Below are positions 58,682 to 64,000 of a stretch of 64,000 bases of DNA, one piece after another. The notes beneath the pieces are model-generated. The model had not been told where the DNA came from. It did no database searches and saw only the letters and a list, made by a program, of their open reading frames with translations. The stretch is from a virus (lineage: Duplodnaviria; Caudoviricetes). Within the stretch, counting starts at the first letter, position 1, and the number at the start of each line of letters is the position of its first letter. Both the position numbers and the translations under genes were made by a program. The DNA lies in IMG/VR virus record IMGVR_UViG_3300018012_000099, one strand, 5' to 3'.

Positions 58682-59528
58682 TTTAATTAAAGGGATAGAT
58701 GTCAGTATTATTCAGGGCAATATTGATTGGCAGGCTGTGGTTGCATCTGGTATACAATTTTGTATAATGAGATGTGGGGTCGGCAACGGTGGAATAGATT
58801 CTAATTATGCTAAAAATGTTGCTGGGGCTAAGGCAGCAGGAATTAAAGTGGCATGTTATCATTTTATTTATCCTTTACCTACCATACCTTCACAGCCTTT
58901 ACGCGATCCTATTAAACAGGCTCAATATCATTTTAACGCTTCTTTGGGCGAATTAACTTGTGTGGATTGTGAATGGCCCGCACCACAAGATTGGAGTAAA
59001 TGGGGCTGTAATTCTGCGCAGCTCAACCAGTGGATGTTAACCTATTTACAAGAATACGAGCGCCTTAGTGGTCGTAAGCCGCTTATTTATACTTATCCAA
59101 ATTGGGCTGATAATGTTGGTTTTCAAGCAGCATTTTCCCAGTATCCCTTGTGGATTGCCAGTTATCAAGCCAATCCGGACATTCCGCACCCATGGTCCGA
59201 TTGGGTGCTATGGCAGAACACAGGTGGAGGCGGACATTTACCAACCACAGGTGCACCCGTAGATACTGATTTAGCTAAAGATCTTTCATTATGGGATACA
59301 ACAGCAGCACCCACTAATGAGCCTATACCAGATCACCAACCTGATCCTCCTATCAATTCAAACCCAGTTCCAGCACCCATCACGCCACCCCCGGCTGTAA
59401 CGCCAACTTCACCGCCTGTTATTATGGTGCCACCTACTACCAACACCGTGAGTAAGGATTTTAATATTGTGATGGGATTATTTCGTGCCTTATTGAATTT
59501 ATTTAAAGAAGAGTTGCCCAAGCTATAA
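58674..59528 (+). CDS. GH25 muramidase (endolysin)
   Basis: KGIDVSIIQGNIDW, GIKVACYHF, VDCEW (DxE), PLIYT, YPLWIASY, WVLWQ and VDTD, followed by a Pro-rich linker and an amphipathic tail. Confidence 0.9.
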   Translation: MANLIKGIDVSIIQGNIDWQAVVASGIQFCIMRCGVGNGGIDSNYAKNVAGAKAAGIKVACYHFIYPLPTIPSQPLRDPIKQAQYHFNASLGELTCVDCEWPAPQDWSKWGCNSAQLNQWMLTYLQEYERLSGRKPLIYTYPNWADNVGFQAAFSQYPLWIASYQANPDIPHPWSDWVLWQNTGGGGHLPTTGAPVDTDLAKDLSLWDTTAAPTNEPIPDHQPDPPINSNPVPAPITPPPAVTPTSPPVIMVPPTTNTVSKDFNIVMGLFRALLNLFKEELPKL

Positions 59529-59574
59529 ACTATTAGAATGTCGAGAAAAAGGTGCCGGTTATATATGAATCAGC

Positions 59575-61098
59575 ATGGCTAAACTCGTCATCAAGGGCAA
59601 CACCTCACAGATTATGGAAGAGGCGGATGTGGGGCATATTCTTGCTCTAGATAAACATTTGTCTTTTTTCGTTCAGGGCGCGGAGCACACTGCGGCTTAT
59701 CGCGGTTTCATCAACCGCGATGGTGATTATGTCAAGTGGGATGGTTTTAAGAAATTACTTACACCCACCTTACAGTTAGCTACAGGTTTGGTAGATAGGG
59801 TCAAAGATTTCTATCAGGTGGCTGGTAAGCCATTGGAAATTGTGGATCGACGTCCCGCTAAATCAGTAGGAAAAGAGCGACATATTCTGTTTAATTTGCA
59901 AAAGATTAACAAACTTCCTTACCCTTACCAATTAGAAATTTTAGATGTCATTGACAAATATGATCGAGGAATTATAAAGGTAGCTACGGGTGGTGGCAAA
60001 TCTTTGATCGCCGCTCTTATTGCTGCAAAATTAGGTAAAAAGACTATTATTTATGTTATTGGTAAAGATTTATTATACCAGTTTCACGCGTTTTTTTCAC
60101 AGGTATTCGACGAACCTATCGGTATCATTGGTGATGGTCAGTGCGAGATACATGACATCAATATCGCTAGTATTTGGACAGTGGGTCAAGCCATTGGTAT
60201 GAAGAAGAATGAGATTCTGTTAGATTCTGACGATGAGGAGGAGACTCTCAGTAAGAACAAATATGCTAATATTGAACGGATGATGAAGGATGCTAAAGTC
60301 CATATCATTGACGAATGTCATATGTCAGCCTGCGAAACCGTTCAACAGATTTTCAAGCACTCTAAACCAGAACACCTATACGGCTTGAGTGGTAGTCCGT
60401 GGCGTGATGATGGCGCCGATCTATTAATTGAATCAGTGCTGGGTAAATATATTGTCAATATTCCAGCTTCTCGTTTGATTAGGGAGGGATATTTAGCCAA
60501 AGCTATTATTCGATTTCGTGTTGTTCCTCCCTACCCATATGATATTGAAAAATCGTATCCTTCTATCTATAAGAAGTATGTGGTAGAAAATGAAGTTCGC
60601 AACGGTTTAATTTTGGATGCTGCCAAAACGCTGGTAGGTAAAGGCTATCAAACATTAATCTTGTTCAGTAGTCTTAAACATGGCAGGATTCTATACGATC
60701 TGTTTAAGCAACACATGAAGTGTGCTATTCTGGATGGTAGTAACGATAAAGATGAGCGACAGCAAGTTAAAAAGGATTTAGAAGATCGTAAGATCGATTG
60801 TATTCTAGCTTCCAAGATTTTTGATATCGGAGTAGATATTCCTAGTTTAGCAGGATTGGTTATCGCTTGTGGTGGCAAATCTACTGTCAAGGCGTTACAA
60901 AGGGTAGGGAGGGTCATCCGTAAATATCCTGGTAAAACATTTGCGGTAGTAATAGATTTCTGTGATCAAATAACCTATCTAGATAATCATTCGCGCATTC
61001 GACACAAGATTTATACCTCAGAGGACGGTTTCGACGTCAATTGGCCCATCGAAGAAAAGAAAAAGAGAAAGTCAAAGAAACATGATAAAGAAGAGTGA
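59575..61098 (+). CDS. uvsW: SF2 helicase, UvsW-like
   Basis: YPYQ, ATGGGKS, IIDECH, GLSGSPWRDDG, IFDIGVDIP and LQRVGRVIR. Confidence 0.88.
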   Translation: MAKLVIKGNTSQIMEEADVGHILALDKHLSFFVQGAEHTAAYRGFINRDGDYVKWDGFKKLLTPTLQLATGLVDRVKDFYQVAGKPLEIVDRRPAKSVGKERHILFNLQKINKLPYPYQLEILDVIDKYDRGIIKVATGGGKSLIAALIAAKLGKKTIIYVIGKDLLYQFHAFFSQVFDEPIGIIGDGQCEIHDINIASIWTVGQAIGMKKNEILLDSDDEEETLSKNKYANIERMMKDAKVHIIDECHMSACETVQQIFKHSKPEHLYGLSGSPWRDDGADLLIESVLGKYIVNIPASRLIREGYLAKAIIRFRVVPPYPYDIEKSYPSIYKKYVVENEVRNGLILDAAKTLVGKGYQTLILFSSLKHGRILYDLFKQHMKCAILDGSNDKDERQQVKKDLEDRKIDCILASKIFDIGVDIPSLAGLVIACGGKSTVKALQRVGRVIRKYPGKTFAVVIDFCDQITYLDNHSRIRHKIYTSEDGFDVNWPIEEKKKRKSKKHDKEE

Positions 61099-61675
61099 AG
61101 GGGAGCTTAATTCCATCCCTAACGAAAAATACGAGAAGTTCTTTGCTAAATTCGACGAGATCGAAACATTAGAGGTGTCACGATGGAAAATTGCTCACCT
61201 CCTCGGCTATTTTTGTCAAAAATGGAAAGCTATCTATGGTAATGATTATCATTGGAAATTCAATAACCAAAACCCTAACAAGTGTTTCGAGGTGTGGCAG
61301 ATGAACACGCTGGTGGCTAAACTATCAGCCAACCCACAAATCCTTAAAGATTATATTGATTGGGTTTTCGTCAATATCGTTCCCAAGAAGAGCAAACTGC
61401 GTTCTATTTCTTTTATGACCAATGATGATGTAGTCATTCCGTACAAGATGAACGTGTTATTAGGGGGTAAGAAGAATCTCAACGTGGATCGTTCTACTCT
61501 TTTGCCCTTTGAATATCGTCATATTTTAGGTCATTGTGGATTATTATCTCTCGTTAGCTACGGAGATTTAGCTTTTGCTTATCAAATGGATCCCCGTCCA
61601 GATAATCTTTCAGATGCCATTAATCAAATGGTCGAGGCTGGGTTCGATCCAGAAATTCTTAAAAGGATCGTATGA
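61082..61675 (+). CDS. Hypothetical protein in the replication cluster
   Basis: 197-aa ORF overlapping both neighbours; no motif recognised. Confidence 0.6.
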   Translation: MIKKSEGELNSIPNEKYEKFFAKFDEIETLEVSRWKIAHLLGYFCQKWKAIYGNDYHWKFNNQNPNKCFEVWQMNTLVAKLSANPQILKDYIDWVFVNIVPKKSKLRSISFMTNDDVVIPYKMNVLLGGKKNLNVDRSTLLPFEYRHILGHCGLLSLVSYGDLAFAYQMDPRPDNLSDAINQMVEAGFDPEILKRIV

Positions 61676-62103
61676 TACCACAACCCGGACAACATATTAA
61701 ATGTTTTTTGCGCAGCGGCAATATAGTAGAGGGTATCGTAGAAGAGTGGACCCAAGAGCAAGCTGTATTGAAAACTTTAGATCACCAAAGTTTAATGATT
61801 ATTCACAGTCCAGCCCAGGATATACTACTAACCAAAGTATTGCTCCACACGGGAATCGCCACTCACTCGAGAGCGCAAGAAATAGCCGACAAAATTAGAG
61901 AAAAGGCAGCAGAGGAAGGTCAGCCTGAACCTGACGAACAATCTTTGGATGCAATGACCAAAGCACAATTACATATCGAGTTAGCTGAACAAGAACGTCG
62001 TGTGGTTGCCGAGAAGATGAAGGATCACTATCCTGATTCACAGGCACCTAGAAAGAAAACCTATGGATACCCCGGATTTTTCAAAAAGCCAAGCACTTCG
62101 TAA
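61672..62103 (+). CDS. Hypothetical protein with possible N-terminal Sm-like domain
   Basis: IKCFLRSGNIVEGIVEEWTQEQAVLKT followed by a helical C-terminus. Confidence 0.5.
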   Translation: MIPQPGQHIKCFLRSGNIVEGIVEEWTQEQAVLKTLDHQSLMIIHSPAQDILLTKVLLHTGIATHSRAQEIADKIREKAAEEGQPEPDEQSLDAMTKAQLHIELAEQERRVVAEKMKDHYPDSQAPRKKTYGYPGFFKKPSTS

Positions 62104-62767
62104 TATTCCTAGCAAGAAGCTATCTGAAGCTATCACGGCTATTGAGAATAGTCAGGATACAGCCGATAACAAGTTTGTTAAGTTGACAGCAATTAATCGT
62201 TATGCGGAAAGCAACATTCCTATTGAATATTGGGGTCTCAAAATGGAGCGAGATTTCATAGGAGATCCTCGCCTTAAAATTAAATACGAAGAGTACATAC
62301 AGGATCTAAAAGTTAGTTATAATAATGGTGTATCTATCCTCTTTGCTGGGGGACATGGTTTGGGTAAGACTATGACATCTACCTGTATTCTCAAGAAGGC
62401 TTGTCAAAAAGGATACACTTGTTTGTATACCAATTTGAGTGATATTGTGTCGGTACTAACCTCCGGTAGTGGAGAAGACAAATTCCTAGCTCGTCGCGAG
62501 TTAGTGTTGGTAGATTTCTTAGTGATCGATGAGTTTGACCCCCGCTTCATGCCTTCTGAGAACGCTGCCGATCTGTATGCTAGAAGTTTGGAAAGTGTCT
62601 TCAGAGCCCGTAGTCAAAACAAACTACCTACTTTGATGTGTACCAACAGTCCTAATGTTCTAGAGAGCTTCAAAGGTTCGTTGAGAGATAGTATTGGCAG
62701 CCTGGTTAAAGGTTATTTGAAGATATTTGTAGTATCTCCTGGTGTTGATATGAGAGGACGGGAATAA
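62063..62767 (+). CDS. DnaC/IstB-like AAA+ ATPase (helicase loader)
   Basis: Walker A GGHGLGKT, Walker B LVIDEF, RSQNKLPTLMCTN. Directly upstream of DnaB. Confidence 0.85.
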   Translation: MDTPDFSKSQALRNIPSKKLSEAITAIENSQDTADNKFVKLTAINRYAESNIPIEYWGLKMERDFIGDPRLKIKYEEYIQDLKVSYNNGVSILFAGGHGLGKTMTSTCILKKACQKGYTCLYTNLSDIVSVLTSGSGEDKFLARRELVLVDFLVIDEFDPRFMPSENAADLYARSLESVFRARSQNKLPTLMCTNSPNVLESFKGSLRDSIGSLVKGYLKIFVVSPGVDMRGRE

Positions 62768-64000
62768 TGAGTTACAACGAACTAGACCTAGCGGTTCTCA
62801 AAAGTATCATTACCAACAAGAAACACGGCTTAGATTTTGCCAATGAGCACGATCCTAAAATCTTTTCTAATGATGTATGGAACTTTGCCAATTTAGTAGT
62901 GGGATATATTCGTACTTACAAAGAGCTTCCCACACTGCGTGTCATTACGGAAAAATTGTCCAAGGGCAATAATGACAAACTAATTGAAACCGTCAAGAAT
63001 GTCTGGTCTCAGCTAGAAAAAACTCAAGTCAATGATAAAGAATACAAGCATGATTTAGAAAAGATCAAGAAAAGATTTGCTGAAAAGCAATTGTTAGATA
63101 CTAAAACCCTTATGTCCAAGCTGGAAGTGGGTAGTATTGATGTTAATAAAGTGGTCATCGAAATGCAGAAGACCGTCCAAAACATCAAAGCTCTGGATCA
63201 GGTCCGTACTTTCGAACGCAAAACACTTAAAGAAGCAGTACCTATCTTTCGCGAGGAATACAATGCTAAACTAGAGGATCCTAATTTTGATTCTGGTATT
63301 AAATGTAACTACTCTTATCTAGATCACGTAACAGATGGATTACGTCCTGGAGAACTTTTGCTTATCGGTGGTGAATCGGGCGCTGGCAAATCTATGTTGC
63401 TCATGAACATGGCAATTCAGATTTGGCTTAACAATAATAATATTGAAACCGTAGATAATTTTACTCCTGGACACAATGTGCTGTATTTTTCTTTAGAAAT
63501 GCCCTTTAAGCCATGCCTTAATCGTGTCTTGGGCAGGTTGTCTAACAATCCCACTAAATTGATTCGCAGCGCTAAGCTCAATCCAATGGAAGCTGATAAA
63601 TTAAAGAAATCCCTTCGTTTCATTAATAAATATCCTTACCAATTCGAAATCGTGGATATTCCTCGCGGCGCTACTATGGAAAGCCTAGAGCTGTTATATG
63701 AGGAAGCTAAGGTTTTGTACGATCCCAAGATTGTTGTCATCGATTATCTGGGTTTGATGGACTATGACAACGGAGAGATGGAAGACTGGCTTAAGTTGGG
63801 CAAGATCGCCGAGAAGATTCATGAGTTTGCCCGCGTGCATAACTGTACGGTGCTAAGCGCGGTACAGCTTAATCGTACTAAGGGCGCTAAGGAAGAGGAT
63901 AAGATTGGTTTGCATCGCATCGGTCGTTCGGCTCTCATTATGCAGAATGCCAATATTGCTCTTCAGATTGAATCTCGTCCTAATGAAAAGAATCATCCTG
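62767..64000 (+). CDS. dnaB: DnaB-like replicative helicase, 3'-truncated by the window edge
   Basis: Not in the ORF track. ATG 62767 overlaps the upstream TAA. In frame I read GELLLIGGESGAGKS, VLYFSLEM, IVVIDYLGLM, SAVQLNR and IGRSALIMQNA. Confidence 0.9.
   Translation, partial: MSYNELDLAVLKSIITNKKHGLDFANEHDPKIFSNDVWNFANLVVGYIRTYKELPTLRVITEKLSKGNNDKLIETVKNVWSQLEKTQVNDKEYKHDLEKIKKRFAEKQLLDTKTLMSKLEVGSIDVNKVVIEMQKTVQNIKALDQVRTFERKTLKEAVPIFREEYNAKLEDPNFDSGIKCNYSYLDHVTDGLRPGELLLIGGESGAGKSMLLMNMAIQIWLNNNNIETVDNFTPGHNVLYFSLEMPFKPCLNRVLGRLSNNPTKLIRSAKLNPMEADKLKKSLRFINKYPYQFEIVDIPRGATMESLELLYEEAKVLYDPKIVVIDYLGLMDYDNGEMEDWLKLGKIAEKIHEFARVHNCTVLSAVQLNRTKGAKEEDKIGLHRIGRSALIMQNANIALQIESRPNEKNHP

Noticed and set aside
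971-63623. Numerous short or antisense ORFs in the track (e.g. 984..1391, 1664..2017, 11327..11680, 12872..13264, 13869..14264, 53008..53397, 54614..54970)
   Set aside because: They overlap well-supported genes on the other strand or frame, and lack RBS and recognisable motifs. They are treated as shadow ORFs.
1-64000. Stop-codon reassignment: none of the roughly 45 accepted genes appears to end in TAG
   Set aside because: Long genes read through intact under the standard code with no in-frame TAG or TGA breaks, so there is no evidence of recoding in this window. TAG avoidance fits AT bias.

Overview
This is 64 kb of a large, AT-rich tailed phage genome (myovirus type, standard genetic code). 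From left to right: (i) 1-2.8 kb holds small accessory genes: two paralogous HNH endonucleases, a divergent tail-tube paralog, a 2H phosphoesterase and an HExxH peptidase. (ii) 2.8-49.3 kb is a contractile-tail morphogenesis module on the + strand: neck-like protein, fibre, holin-like protein, 1936-aa beta-helix protein, completion protein, sheath, tube, chaperone with a -1 frameshift, tape measure, hub, spike, gp25-like and J-like wedges, and two giant baseplate/fibre proteins. (iii) 49.4-55.5 kb is a sugar-modification cassette (GT4, SAM methyltransferase, two GT2, RmlB-like dehydratase) interleaved with a Nei glycosylase and a spanin-like membrane protein. (iv) 55.5-59.5 kb holds a tubulin/FtsZ-family GTPase, four tandem Sm/Hfq-like small genes, a GIY-YIG endonuclease and a GH25 endolysin. 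(v) 59.6-64 kb holds replication genes (UvsW-like helicase, DnaC-like loader, truncated DnaB). The strongest unexplained signal is the tripeptide Asp-Gly-Tyr. By manual count it occurs 40 times in nine virion proteins predicted to be mostly exposed, with varied codons, and not at all in tube, tape measure, hub, spike or non-structural proteins. Together with the adjacent glycosyltransferase cassette, this suggests a phage-encoded, sequon-directed virion modification system, possibly Tyr-O-glycosylation. All family calls come from motif recognition by eye; no database searches were run. No tRNA, rRNA or CRISPR array was recognised.
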